From positions 620,001 through 684,000 of the forward strand of contig LSRY02000033.1 in assembly GCA_001643675.2 (NCBI GenBank): a stretch of 64,000 nt of DNA. Reading direction: 5' to 3'. This document shows, piece after piece, positions 49,475-60,960 of this stretch. This DNA comes from Monocercomonoides exilis PA203. Lineage: Eukaryota > Protista > Preaxostyla. How positions within the stretch are numbered: position 1 is the first letter of the stretch; each line of letters starts with the position of its first letter. A model generated the notes under the pieces. It ran no database searches. It was not told the DNA's origin and saw nothing but the letters and a program-made list of their open reading frames with translations. Made by a program: the position numbers and the translations under genes.

Positions 49475-50818
49475 GGGGAATTAACAAAACCTTTTCATGT
49501 TCTTTGGAAGAGTAGACCGCACACTGTTCCTCCAGAAGCTCCTTGAAAAGAACAGTCAGACCAAAAATTGTTTCAAGTGCAACATGAAAGAAGTTGCAAT
49601 GCCTTCTCACTGGGAAAGCGTTTCTGATATTCAGCATCCAAAATCTCAAGATCTTTTATCCAAAAAAATTAAATGAAAGAGGACAATAAATCACTTTTCA
49701 TATTTTGCTTGCGTTTTTTCTTCATGAATTCCTGTTTTATATTTTTTTTTAGGATTTGCCACATTGCACGTTCTCTTCTGCTGAAAAAACAGGATATGAA
49801 AGACAATCCCACTGCTTTTGTTGGAAATGAGCAAATGAAAGCATTCTAAGTGCAAGAAAATGAAAGAGAAAATATTCTGATGATGCTCTTTAATCCCCAC
49901 CGAAATGTGTGCATGTGCATGTGTGTGTCTTCAGAACAAATTATCATTTTTCATTGTGATGATGATTAATTGGCTTTTGCATCGTTGCAGCATTGTTGTT
50001 ATCAACGAATCAAAATCGGTTGTCCTCGCGTTCAACATGCACAGAATGAGGAAGGTGCGAGCACAATCCCCGAATCACCTGGTTGCCGAGCTGGCGCACA
50101 GACCAGAACAGATAAACATCAGCTGGGTTCCTGGTTCTGTTGCTGTCGGAGCAGGCGAAGGGCTCGGGGTGGAAAAAGCGAAAGGATGCTTGTGTGGTGA
50201 GAACTCCCGCCATCGAGTGCGATGTGTTTGTTGGAGCCGGAAGCACATTGTTCTTTGAAACAGGATTTGTGAGCCAGCTCCATTCCTTTGTGTCTTTGCA
50301 CATGCACGCATGCACACATGCAGTTATGAATGCTATTTGCCTTTCTCACACAGCAGCCTTGAAATGGATCGAAACTCCTGCCAAGACACCAGGGAAAAAG
50401 AAAAAACAAAACAAAAAGATTTCTGCATGTTTGTTGATTTCCACGAACTGAGGAGGGAAAAAAATAATTTTCATAAATATTTTGGCAGAATCTGCGCATC
50501 TGCACCCCGTCGAAAACGAAAAAGGTTGGCCAGCAAAACAAAAACACAAAAACACAAAAATAAACGCGGAAAAGACAGGGTGATTGTGAGATCACACGTT
50601 GTCTGGAGGGAGGTGCGCAGAAGCGAAGTGGCGATGCTGCTGGCCTGAGAACACAGCACAAGCACGAAAAACTTGCATCACTGAGGATGCCACAAAAAAG
50701 ATAAATAATAATTAAAGCAACTGTTTCAGATGTTTCTTTCTTCATTTCTTTCCATTCCCCTCCTTTATTTTATTTTATTTTTTTCCCTCTTTCATCAAGG
50801 GATGCAGGAGGGAGCCAG

Positions 50819-53800
50819 TCAGAACGAGGTGAGTGCCTGGGAGACAGCAGAGGCCGGCAAAGCAGAGGGAGGAGGGACGGCAGCGGGGTCGAGGAGGTCG
50901 ATTGCGTCGGAGGCGGTGATCATGGCAGAGGCAGGCGGAAAGAGGGCGATGAAGGCCTTCTTGAGGTCGAGGAGGGTGGGCCTGGCGTGGGGCTGCTGGG
51001 AGGTTGCGGCGCAGGCAGTGTGGGCGAGGGGGATGTCGTGGGAGGCGCAGGGGGCTGGCCTCTCGCCGTTTGCGATCTTGCGGCCGGCTGCTTCGGCCTC
51101 GTACTCTGCGAACGGGATCTGGAGCGTGAGGCACTCCCACGCCATCATCCCGATGGAGAACACCACAGTCTTCTTTGTCGCGTGGCTCTTTGCGCCGCTC
51201 AGCAGCTCCGGCGCCTTCCACCTCAGACACTCTTTCTTGTAATCGTCCTCGTCTTCAAAGGCAGACGAGGGCAGAGAGTCTCTATCATCATCACTTGTTG
51301 ATGTGACAACAGTTGACGAAGAGATGGAGGATGAATCAGAATCTGAAGAAGAGCAATCGGAGTGGAGAGCAATGCAGATGACCATGTGCTCGGAGAACAG
51401 CACGATGTGGGGGCTGAGGTTGGCAAGAGAAGAAAGAGGATTTTCCATTTCGTCGAAGGAGTGGAGGGCGAGGTTGGCCACCCAGAACAGGATCTGGGCA
51501 GCTGTCATCTGCCGCTCCTGGAGAGTGCCGATCGCCATCTCCTTTGTCTTGTTCCTCCCATGCAGCAGCATGAACATCGAATCCCTCAGATCCACAATCA
51601 GCTTCTCGTGAGGCGAGGAGCAGGCCATTGCATCCACCAGATTCGACATGGACGATGTGGTGGGGCACAGATCCTCCCCCCGAACAAACGTGGATTCAGT
51701 GTCTGAAGTGTCTGTGGTTGAAGTGGATGAGATGGATGGTGAAGGCGTTCTCTTTCTTGTCTCTTCCTCATCATCAACCTTCTCCAGCACCCATTCGGGG
51801 ATCTTGTCCGAGTCTTTCCCCAATATATATTCAGTCGATCCACTCTCAGAAAGAAGATGCTCAGATGACTCTGAATGTTGCATATTCGTCTCATATATTC
51901 TTTTCTTTATCCTCTCTTCATTCTTCTTCTCTGCCTCCCTCTCTGCTCTCCTCCACTGCTCCTCGGGAGACATCTCCATCGTCACCATCTCAAACGCCTT
52001 CGGATCCTTCCTCACTGTGTCTTCCACAATCACTTCCAACTCTTCTGTTCTTCTCTTTTGCTTTCTCCATCGAACAACAAATATTACCAATGCAATTAAA
52101 AGTATGACTACAATTACAATGCACACAATCAATATCCATGAGAATTTCTCTTCTTTTCCTCCCTCAACAGCCCTTTCGTCTCCATTTGCCTTGGGCACGC
52201 TTCTGTTCTTCAGGATGAAGGAATCGGTCGAAGAAGGGCGATCTGCATCCCCAAACAGAATGCACACACTCACCTCGATCTCATCTCCGCAGCTGCTGAC
52301 GAGGTCCTTTGCCACGCTCCCTTCGGCTTCTGTTTCCGACAGGAACCCGTCGGGATCGAAGTTGTGCTTCTCGATCTCCTTCTCTTCGCCGTTGCTCTTC
52401 ACAACAGCGAAGGACAGATTGCAGGGAGCGAGGAGCAGTCCGCTGAACGTGAGAGCCATGGCGTCAGGTGTGTGGTTGGCTTGCACGCTGTGGAGCACAG
52501 GGACGAAGAGCGGGGAAGGGTGGTGAGCGGGGATGCCGTGGAGGGTGCATCCGCGGTTGAGGAGCCACAGGGAGGAGGCGGGGAGGAAGGGGTCGCCAGG
52601 CCAGAGGGAGGGGATGGTGAGGGTGCAGGCATCGGAGCAGATGATGTTGCGGCGGGCAGAGGGGTAATTGGGGATGGCGGGGCTGTTGTTGGCGAACTCG
52701 CAGCGGTCGACACGGATGCTGCCGGCAGCTGCAGAGAGTGCGCCCAGCTGTGCGCCAGAGATGGTTGTGTCTTTGAGGACAGCTGTGGTGCTCTGGCAGT
52801 GGATGAGAGAGGCATTCCATTCGCAGACACTCTCTGGTTCCCCGGGTGCATCTGGCTCAATGGTCACTCTGCTGCTGCTGCTGTTGCTGGTGTCTGGTGA
52901 GTTGCTGGTGGAGGCTTGTGGCGGCTGGGGAGCGCCTCCATTTATTGAGCAGGCCTCGAGTGTGACTGAAGGGCAATGGGAGAACCGGGCTGCACGCCCA
53001 AGGGCCGAGGGAGCGCTGCTCTGGGCGATGGTGCAGTTTGCGAGATAGACTGGAGCTGCGGTGGCGTTGCACTGGCACACGCTGCAGCCGAGCTGGGCGA
53101 GTGAGATGGCAGCGAAGACGGAGTGCATCATGCTGAAGGAGCCTTCTGGCTGACCTGATTCTAAAGAAGAAGACGAAGAAGGGGGATTGGCCAGGGGATT
53201 GAGAAGAACAACACTGCCCGTTGTGACAGCAAGATCTGTGGCGATGAGATGGTCGATGGAGCAGCTGGAGCCATCGTCGAGCAGGAGCACAGGGGAGGCA
53301 GCACTGAGGGCGGAGAGGTTGGCGTGGGAGAGGAAGAGGGAGGAAGCGGGGAGAGCACGAAGAGCAGGGCAGGCGAGGTGGAGGGAATGGACAGATATGT
53401 TGGAGAGGCGAAGGGTGCCTCGGGAAGCACAAAGGAGGGTGGAGTTGAGGCGGACAGGCTGGTCGGCTGCGGAAAAGAGGGAGGAGGACACAGCGAGGGA
53501 TCCGTCGAGGAGGGAGAAGAGGGAAGAGTGGGCAGATGCGAAGGAGGTGTGGAAGGAGAAGTGGCAGTGGGTGAGGATGCAGGTGTTGAGAAAGGCGACA
53601 ACAGCAGAGCGGTCTGAAGACAGATCAGAAGAAATGGGGATGGGGGTGGCGAAGTGCACAGGGACAAGACTCGCAGAGACAGACTCGACGCGGATGTCGG
53701 CAAGGGAGGTCGGGGCGTCGACGGAGGAGGAGGAGCAGATCCAGAGGACGTTGCCGATGGAAGGGGCGATGTGGAGGACGGCTGTGGAGAGGGAGGCGCA

Positions 53801-56800
53801 GGGGGCAAGCTGGGAGCCGCACTGGCGGGCAGAGGAGCCGGTGTCCTGGTCGACGAATATCTGGTGGGCGCGGTAGAAGGTGATGAAGGGGAGGAGGTCG
53901 ACATCGAGGTCGGGGTCAGTGGGGGAGGAGTCGGAGCCGCAGATGGAGGTGTTGGTGGCGAGAGAGGGCTGGGTGAAGTCGAGGGAAAAGAGGGACTCGT
54001 TGATCTGGGCGGGGATGGAGGAGCACCGGAGAAAGAGGTCCTTTCCTCGGAAGGCGTCGTTGAGGGCGAAGCGGAGGTTGAGGATGGAGAGGGGGATGGG
54101 AGGAGCGCCAGCAGGGCGGGAGCAGTCGAGGAAGAGGCCGCCGCCCCTGCCGGCCGTGCGGGAGCAGATGCACTGGGTGAGGATGCACGCCGACACGCGC
54201 AGCTGCGACTTGTTGCAGTCGAGGCACACCATTGCGGCTCCGCCCTCGGCCGACTCTTCGCTCACGCAGCTGGTGAGCACACACGCCTCGGCAGCACAGT
54301 CGATGGCACATCCCCTCTCTGCACACACCAGAGCCGGCCCGTTGCCTGTGCGCACGATGTTGGTGATGTTGGCAGAGTCCAGAACGATGGCTGTCCTGGG
54401 GTCTGGGGCAGCCAAGCCAGCCAAGCCAGTCGAAGCAGCCAGAGCAGGTGGGCAGACGGCCACGAGGGGAGTGCCAGCGAGCAAAGAGGAGGAGACCGAG
54501 AGGGAAGTGAGTGTCGCAGAAGTGGATGCATCATAAATTTCGAGGAAAGGGCGCGACAAGGATGCGGAGGCGAGGGTGCAGTGGTCGAGAGAGACACTCC
54601 CTTGTGCTGCCAGCACGATCACATAGGCAAGGGGTGTTTGGGGGGTGAGCATGGAGAAGGAGCAGCACTGCAAAAGGAGAGCAGCGTCTGGGGCAGATGT
54701 CAGGATGAAGGAGGAGTGGTGGGGGAAAGCAGAAGGGAGGAGGAAGGAGATGGCGTCGATGGCGAGGTCGACAGAAGAGGCGAGGAGGGCGTCGGATTGG
54801 CTGGGTGTGGGATCGGAGACGTGGACCGGGGTGTCTGGGGCGCAGCCGTGGAGGCGAAGAGACGGGAGGGAGGTGGGCGAGGGGGAGGTGGGGGCAGGGG
54901 GAAGGAGGAGGACGAGAGGCTCGGGGATGGAGGAGTGGGAGGCGATGGAGAGGGTGGAGGAAGGGAGGGGAAGCGGGGTGAGCCTGAGGGAAAGGGCGTG
55001 AGGGATGGTCAGGCAGGGAGCAGCAGAGTGCCCGCATGCACTGAAGTCGAAGCCTGTGTCTCCGTCGACAAACACGTGGGTGGTGATGTTGGTCCAGAAA
55101 TACACGGCAAGCGGGATGGGGCGGCTGGGATCGGCTGTGGCCAGCTCGAATCCGCCGAGCTCGTCGAGGGTGCTGAGGTCGGCGCTGGTCATGGTCCAGT
55201 TGAAATGGGCAGCATCAGCCACTGCGGACAGCACGGTGGCGGACACAAACACCTTTCTGCCCTTCCACGCATCGCATCTGGCAAACACCACGTGCTCGAG
55301 GGCAAACAGCCTGGCGGCATCTGCCTCCCCCACGAACACCGCGCCACCCAGGCCATGGGTCTGTGCCTGGCCTCCGCCAGCCGCTGCAGCAGCAGCGGCG
55401 GCAGCGCAGTCCTCGAAGGTCGAGCCGTTTATCAGCAGGACTGCCCCGGCTGCCAGCTCGGCTGCAACGCCGCCTCCTCTGGCCTCGCTGCCTCTGGCGC
55501 TGCACCTCGCCACTGTGCAGTTCTCCATCTCCAGCCTTGCACTGCCTCCTCCGACCCCAGCCATCTTCACACACCCCCCGTCTCCACTCCCCTTCTCCCC
55601 GCCCCCAATCACACACCCGCTGCACTCCACCACGCTGCTGCTCCCTGTGCACTCCATCAGCGAAAACATGGTGTTTGCCACCTCGCCCAGTGTTTCGAAC
55701 TCGCTCAGCACCAGCCTCCCCGAGCGAACAGCGATCAGCGCGAAGGTCAGCTGCTCCTCGCTGCCATCGCCAGGTGCTGTGGCTCCGTCGTGCTTGTGCA
55801 CAGCGCTGCAGCTGGCCATCCGCAGGCTGCCAGCCCCTGCCACCTCGACCAGGGCTGTGGCTGAGCCGAGCGAGGCCGGCACAGCAAAGCGGATGTCTGC
55901 GATGGCTGCCTCGGTGCTGACTGCGACGAGCGAGGGCGACGAAAAGCCCGGAGGCGCACCAACAGGCACCTCCATCCCTTTGCGCACACACGAGATGCTC
56001 CAAGCATGTGCATCGGCAGCAAGCCTCTCGCAGAGCTGGAAGCCCTCATCGAGCAGGATGGCAGGGTCAGCAGCGGGGAAGCGGGTGCGGGCAGCATGGG
56101 GGATGGTGAGGCAGGGGAAGAAGGAGAAGCCGCAGAAGGGGGTGTTGGATGCGCGGGAGGACTGGCCTGCCACATGAGCAGCGCCTGGGAACGGGACAAG
56201 AAACACTGCGAGGGTGAACGGGGCAACCTCTGGCAGCGCGCGATCGACACCCATGAGATCGTCGGCAGAGGATTGGTCGAAGGGGAAGCAGAAGGTGGAG
56301 GTGCTGATCTCGGCCGGGGTGAGGGCGCACCCGTTCACAAACACATTGGCGCCTCCCAGCGCAGCCTCGCAGCCACCAAACACAACCCCGTCCAGCAGGA
56401 GCGTGCCGAAGCCCTCGGCCAAGTCCAGATACACCGCCCCACCATATCCGCTGCTCTTGCACCTGCTGAACATTGCCTCGCCTCCACTCCCATCATCACC
56501 ACCATTTGTGCCATGAGAGGCTCTGGTGGTGTTGCTGTTGTGGCTGTGATGGCGCACAAGAGGCAGGGTGCACCCCGAGCTGGCAGACCCGTTCACTGTG
56601 AAGCAGCCTCTGCCTCGGAGCCTGGCACATATTGCCCCACCGCCACTCCCATCCCCTTCTGCACAGCAGTCCTCAAAGACACACCCAGATATCGCTTGTG
56701 CAGCATCCCCTTCGTTTGTGTTGGCACTGGCACTGCTGTCTCCATCCTCCTCCTCCTCGAGGACAATGGCTCCCCCGCACCCCGAGGATCGCACAATGTG

Positions 56801-58942
56801 TGCACACACAGTGCACTCCACAGCAGCAGTGCAGCGCCTCCCGACCCAGATTGCACACGCGCTGTCCAGCACCAGCGATGTGACGGTGCATCTGGTGATC
56901 CGCCCTGCCCCTCTGCGCAGCACAACAACCGGCGAGCGGAACCGGTTGGCAGCCGAGTGGCCGGCGCCGGTGATGGTGCACTCGGCCACAGCCACTGCAC
57001 CCTCGTCCCCGTCCAGCACCAGCAGCGGGGTGGCTGGGCACACGCCCCAGTCGGCCACCAGCACCAGCTGCGCCAGCTCCAGCGCGCCGCTGGCTGTGGC
57101 AAACAGCACTGCGCCGGTGGTGTTGCACCGCACCTCGGCCGGGCTGGCTGGGTCTTTGCTGCTGATGCGGATGTGTGTCTGGGCCACTGCCACGCCCGGC
57201 TCTTGGTACGACCCGGGGAGGACGGCGATTGGCTGCGGGGCATCTGAGGCATCTGGGGCAGGTGGGGCAGGTGGGGCAGGTGGGGCGAGTCTGGTGAGGG
57301 CGTGGGCGATGGTGGCGCACTCGCTGCCGAGCTCGCCACAGTGGGGCGTGTCGCCTCCCGAGGCGCGGGCAGGCTGGGCCACATGGATGGTGGAATAGGT
57401 CGGGGCGCGGATGAAGTCGGCCTCGTAGCCGGCGGTGCAGGGGCGGAAGCCGGCCGTGCACACAAAGCTGCGGATGCCTGTGCTGAGCGAGTAGCAGTGC
57501 TCAAAGTGCGTGGAGTTCACCACCCCGTCCCATCCCTCCCCACACCCGAAGTCTGCCCCCGAATACTGATCTGTGCATGTGTTGTTCATGAAAAACAGAA
57601 ACCTGCTTTGTGGAGGAAATCTCGATGTTCCTTGATGCAATACAAAAGCACTTCCACACCATGAAGCGGTTAAGTTGTTGAACAAACAACTTGTGATGAT
57701 AGTGCTGTTATTATTTATGTTACTTAGAAGGATTCCACCAGTATCGTATGTTGCATATGAATGAGAAAATGTGTTATTGGAGAAAATAAAAATTGTTTTG
57801 ATGCTGAATACTCCGACACATCCATAATAATTATTTGAATGGCATTCTGAGCACAAACAATTTTCAATAAAAACACTTTCAGATCCAGAAATACGAAATG
57901 AACCGGAATCCCATCCTGCACTGCAATTAACAAATTTGCACTCTGAGATATCGAGCTTTTTGATATTATTGAAATCTATTGCCCCTCCGTAGTGTTTGCA
58001 TGAGCAATGAGAAAATTTACACCTTGCAATGATCAAGCTGTTTGCATTGTTAACATAAATAGCACCTCCATCATTTGCTGTTTCACTCACCTCGAACTCA
58101 TCATCATCAAACACAATCTCCTCCTCATCCGAAGACTCGATGACAGTTCTGTTTGTGATCTTGTTGTTCGAGATCCTGGAGAATGAGCTGTTGAAGGATC
58201 GAAACGAGTGGCTTGTGAGATGGAGTGGGAAAATGGAGGAAAGCGGGTCTGTTGCCACATCACACACACAACTGGCAACATCACAGCTCCCGAAGCATGG
58301 GTTTGGGTGTTGCTGGGTGGAGGTGTGGGCAGGGGATGTGATGTTGGAAAACACACAGTCTGAGAGGGAGAGCGAAGAGGTAGCACCACAAACAAGAAAT
58401 GGGTGAGTGTGGCGGTGGGACAGAGCATGAAAAGAGCAACCCTCGAAGCGGGTGTGGCTGTTCCCTGATGCACACACAAGGCTGCTCGACAATTCATGTG
58501 GCAGCCCAGCATGCGCAAGGGTTGTGTTGCAAAACAACAAAAACCCAGAAGATGCAAAGTGTGGTGAATTGGACTGCTCAAGCAGGAGAACCACACTCCC
58601 CATTTCACATTGCGATTTGCCATCGATTTCGATGAATGAGCTGCGTGATTGGCATTCGATATTTAATCCTGCAATTGTGAATGATGAATTCTCCAAAGAA
58701 ACTGAACTGCGCTTTTGATGAATTGGCTGAGAAGGCTTGTGCAGAGTGTTTTCTGCAGTTTTGGTGGACAAGAATGTGCATTGACAAAGATTTTGTTTCA
58801 GGCAAAATTGTGAGTGTGAATCAATCACATTTCGAGCAGACAAGTGTGTGCCATGGATGGATTGAAGCGAGAAAACTTCAGAAGCAAATGCAAATGCAAA
58901 TATGAGTTTTATCAAAATTATGTGGAATTGATGGATGTTCAT
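50819..58942 (-). CDS. Giant single-pass surface protein B (~2707 aa), paralog of A with a GC-rich ectodomain
   Basis: Signal peptide MNIHQFHIILIKLIFAFAFAS; GGAI/GGAV motifs; four CG-x5-(P/E)C modules; TM FSWILIVCIVIVVILLIALVIFVVRWRK; tail nearly identical to A, including CLRWKAPEL and FSIGMMAWECLTLQIPF. Confidence 0.85.
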   Translation of the reverse strand: MNIHQFHIILIKLIFAFAFASEVFSLQSIHGTHLSARNVIDSHSQFCLKQNLCQCTFLSTKTAENTLHKPSQPIHQKRSSVSLENSSFTIAGLNIECQSRSSFIEIDGKSQCEMGSVVLLLEQSNSPHFASSGFLLFCNTTLAHAGLPHELSSSLVCASGNSHTRFEGCSFHALSHRHTHPFLVCGATSSLSLSDCVFSNITSPAHTSTQQHPNPCFGSCDVASCVCDVATDPLSSIFPLHLTSHSFRSFNSSFSRISNNKITNRTVIESSDEEEIVFDDDEFEVSETANDGGAIYVNNANSLIIARCKFSHCSCKHYGGAIDFNNIKKLDISECKFVNCSAGWDSGSFRISGSESVFIENCLCSECHSNNYYGCVGVFSIKTIFIFSNNTFSHSYATYDTGGILLSNINNNSTIITSCLFNNLTASWCGSAFVLHQGTSRFPPQSRFLFFMNNTCTDQYSGADFGCGEGWDGVVNSTHFEHCYSLSTGIRSFVCTAGFRPCTAGYEADFIRAPTYSTIHVAQPARASGGDTPHCGELGSECATIAHALTRLAPPAPPAPPAPDASDAPQPIAVLPGSYQEPGVAVAQTHIRISSKDPASPAEVRCNTTGAVLFATASGALELAQLVLVADWGVCPATPLLVLDGDEGAVAVAECTITGAGHSAANRFRSPVVVLRRGAGRITRCTVTSLVLDSACAIWVGRRCTAAVECTVCAHIVRSSGCGGAIVLEEEEDGDSSASANTNEGDAAQAISGCVFEDCCAEGDGSGGGAICARLRGRGCFTVNGSASSGCTLPLVRHHSHNSNTTRASHGTNGGDDGSGGEAMFSRCKSSGYGGAVYLDLAEGFGTLLLDGVVFGGCEAALGGANVFVNGCALTPAEISTSTFCFPFDQSSADDLMGVDRALPEVAPFTLAVFLVPFPGAAHVAGQSSRASNTPFCGFSFFPCLTIPHAARTRFPAADPAILLDEGFQLCERLAADAHAWSISCVRKGMEVPVGAPPGFSSPSLVAVSTEAAIADIRFAVPASLGSATALVEVAGAGSLRMASCSAVHKHDGATAPGDGSEEQLTFALIAVRSGRLVLSEFETLGEVANTMFSLMECTGSSSVVECSGCVIGGGEKGSGDGGCVKMAGVGGGSARLEMENCTVARCSARGSEARGGGVAAELAAGAVLLINGSTFEDCAAAAAAAAAGGGQAQTHGLGGAVFVGEADAARLFALEHVVFARCDAWKGRKVFVSATVLSAVADAAHFNWTMTSADLSTLDELGGFELATADPSRPIPLAVYFWTNITTHVFVDGDTGFDFSACGHSAAPCLTIPHALSLRLTPLPLPSSTLSIASHSSIPEPLVLLLPPAPTSPSPTSLPSLRLHGCAPDTPVHVSDPTPSQSDALLASSVDLAIDAISFLLPSAFPHHSSFILTSAPDAALLLQCCSFSMLTPQTPLAYVIVLAAQGSVSLDHCTLASASLSRPFLEIYDASTSATLTSLSVSSSLLAGTPLVAVCPPALAASTGLAGLAAPDPRTAIVLDSANITNIVRTGNGPALVCAERGCAIDCAAEACVLTSCVSEESAEGGAAMVCLDCNKSQLRVSACILTQCICSRTAGRGGGLFLDCSRPAGAPPIPLSILNLRFALNDAFRGKDLFLRCSSIPAQINESLFSLDFTQPSLATNTSICGSDSSPTDPDLDVDLLPFITFYRAHQIFVDQDTGSSARQCGSQLAPCASLSTAVLHIAPSIGNVLWICSSSSVDAPTSLADIRVESVSASLVPVHFATPIPISSDLSSDRSAVVAFLNTCILTHCHFSFHTSFASAHSSLFSLLDGSLAVSSSLFSAADQPVRLNSTLLCASRGTLRLSNISVHSLHLACPALRALPASSLFLSHANLSALSAASPVLLLDDGSSCSIDHLIATDLAVTTGSVVLLNPLANPPSSSSSLESGQPEGSFSMMHSVFAAISLAQLGCSVCQCNATAAPVYLANCTIAQSSAPSALGRAARFSHCPSVTLEACSINGGAPQPPQASTSNSPDTSNSSSSRVTIEPDAPGEPESVCEWNASLIHCQSTTAVLKDTTISGAQLGALSAAAGSIRVDRCEFANNSPAIPNYPSARRNIICSDACTLTIPSLWPGDPFLPASSLWLLNRGCTLHGIPAHHPSPLFVPVLHSVQANHTPDAMALTFSGLLLAPCNLSFAVVKSNGEEKEIEKHNFDPDGFLSETEAEGSVAKDLVSSCGDEIEVSVCILFGDADRPSSTDSFILKNRSVPKANGDERAVEGGKEEKFSWILIVCIVIVVILLIALVIFVVRWRKQKRRTEELEVIVEDTVRKDPKAFEMVTMEMSPEEQWRRAEREAEKKNEERIKKRIYETNMQHSESSEHLLSESGSTEYILGKDSDKIPEWVLEKVDDEEETRKRTPSPSISSTSTTDTSDTESTFVRGEDLCPTTSSMSNLVDAMACSSPHEKLIVDLRDSMFMLLHGRNKTKEMAIGTLQERQMTAAQILFWVANLALHSFDEMENPLSSLANLSPHIVLFSEHMVICIALHSDCSSSDSDSSSISSSTVVTSTSDDDRDSLPSSAFEDEDDYKKECLRWKAPELLSGAKSHATKKTVVFSIGMMAWECLTLQIPFAEYEAEAAGRKIANGERPAPCASHDIPLAHTACAATSQQPHARPTLLDLKKAFIALFPPASAMITASDAIDLLDPAAVPPPSALPASAVSQALTSF

Positions 58943-59699
58943 ATTTCCACTTCGACAAACTTTCCTCACGAATCTGTCTGTTCTTCACTATCGTTAGAAA
59001 TCTATATTGATGATTTGAGAATTATTCCAGATTTCTTGTTTTTTGTTGTTCAAGATAATCAATTGTTAATCGAATCAATGGGCTATTGTTTTTGAATGAA
59101 GCAGGTGAACTTATATGAATATGAAGTATTACTGAATAATGTTCGTAAAAAATGATTGCTATTATGGTTTTGAATAGAATTGATGAAAGCAATTATAATT
59201 CTGATCAACATCATTTTTTATGATACGAATTAAGGTTTTGTTATTTCACTTGAAATGAATGTTGTTTGAAAAGAGCAACTGTTTCTGTTGATGATTGTCA
59301 TGTTTATTGGAAATTGAAATTTTTATTGTTCTTGCTTTTGAAAAAGAAAAAAAATTTTAACTTCAATTCGAATGACAAGCGATAAATCAAAACATTATTG
59401 TGATGAAGAAATAAAGGAAATTTATTCGAAGATGAAAAGTGCCTTTTTGAAAGGATTTGATATTTTTGATTGAACAACGAAAAATTGAATCGATCAACGA
59501 TGCTTCTGATTTTCAGAGGAAAAAATGTTTTGAGCTTATTAAATGTTTCAAATGCAACAAACCGTGCCAATTCTTTCATTGATATGAAACATATTGAAAA
59601 TGATATTTATTTCCCTTTTGTCGCTTTTCCATCTTCATATCAGTCTTCGTCTTTAGCATATCCTCATTTTCAACATCATCACCTCTTCACATTCCAGTT

Positions 59700-60960
59700 T
59701 CACCCTTCCATCTCCTCTTCTCCCTTATTTGCACAACTTATTCATCTTTAACATCAAAATAAAAACAATTTCTAACTTCTCTCTTCACTCCTCCCATTCC
59801 ATCCTCTCACCAATCTTCTTCAACGTTTGCAATTCAATCGATAGTTCCATTTTCTCCTCCCTCAACTATCCATCGTTTCTCAGTCTGTTTTCAACCCCTC
59901 TTTCTTCCGCCAAACACGCTCTTCACAAAATGGCCCAGTGGTTCATGTTCGATCTGAATCTCAAACATAAAAACCTGAAAAATTGACTTCGTTTGATGAG
60001 AATTGTCATGACTTCTCATTGTGTGAATTGAATAACTCGATTGGTGGATCTTCGCCAGGAGGTGCACTTTGTGTTGAATGGGCAAATGCAAATCTCGAAA
60101 TCACTTCATGCTCATTCAACAAATGTACATCAAACAATGGTGAAGGAGGAGCAATATTCTGTCAATATTTATTACAAATCAGCATCACAAAATCGAATTT
60201 CACAAATTGCAAGGCGAGACATAGAGACGCTGTGGAAATATAGTATCCACAATCATCTTCTGATTATTCATTCTCGGAAAGCGGAGTGGAAAGTTGTTCA
60301 ATCACAAATTGGTGTGGAACTTGTTGGAATTTTGCTTTGGAAATGATCCAATAAATTTTCAATTTCTATTTTTCAAAAAGCAAGTGCACCCCAAATTCTG
60401 GTAGTGATGCTGCTTGTTCTTTAACATTTTATAATCCTCCTTCTGCAAAGCCAATTCTATTTTCAATCATTGAGTGTCATTTCATCAGTAACAATCTGAA
60501 TGGTTATAAACATTACGGAGGTGCTTCAATGTGTTTTTATCCTCCTTTTTCCTGGATGACCTTGCTAAAATTCATCACATTCTGCTTCTTTGATGGTAAT
60601 TCCGCAACAAATGGCAGAGGAAATGATGTGTTCTTCAATGGAAGCAGTATCACTCAATCTCCATTTGAGAATTGCGTATCAACAACTCAAGCAAAAAGAG
60701 TCTGGAATAACAATACAGCTGATAATACCGTGTACAATAGCTGGCTCCCTCTCATCTCCCAGAACAAAATCGTTGCCAACAATGGAACTGGTGCTGATGT
60801 CTGTGGCAGACCCCAACAGACCCCATGTGCCGCCATCGAGTATGCCCTCACTGGCTTCATTTCCCTCCTCCACGATGCCTCTCTCACCCTCCTCACCTCA
60901 ACATTTGTTCCCGTTCAAACACTCACTTTCAGCTTGGTTGACACAAAAATCACTGGAAAT
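59700..60960 (+). pseudogene. Truncated pseudogene of surface protein A (N-terminal Pmp-like module only)
   Basis: TSFDEN..GGAL..NANLEITSCSF, ITKSNFTNC, KFITFCFFDGNSATNGRGNDVFFNG, WLPLISQNKIVANNG, TKITGN align with gene A ~27200-28598; contains stops and frameshifts; homology ends abruptly at 60960. Confidence 0.88.

Noticed and set aside
49500-50745. Cluster of short ORFs between the LRR gene and gene B
   Set aside because: No recognisable motif or consistent reading frame.
53654-57398. Long + strand ORFs (736, 413, 390 and 276 aa) overlapping gene B
   Set aside because: Antisense shadows of a GC-rich coding region with few stop codons; no independent motifs.
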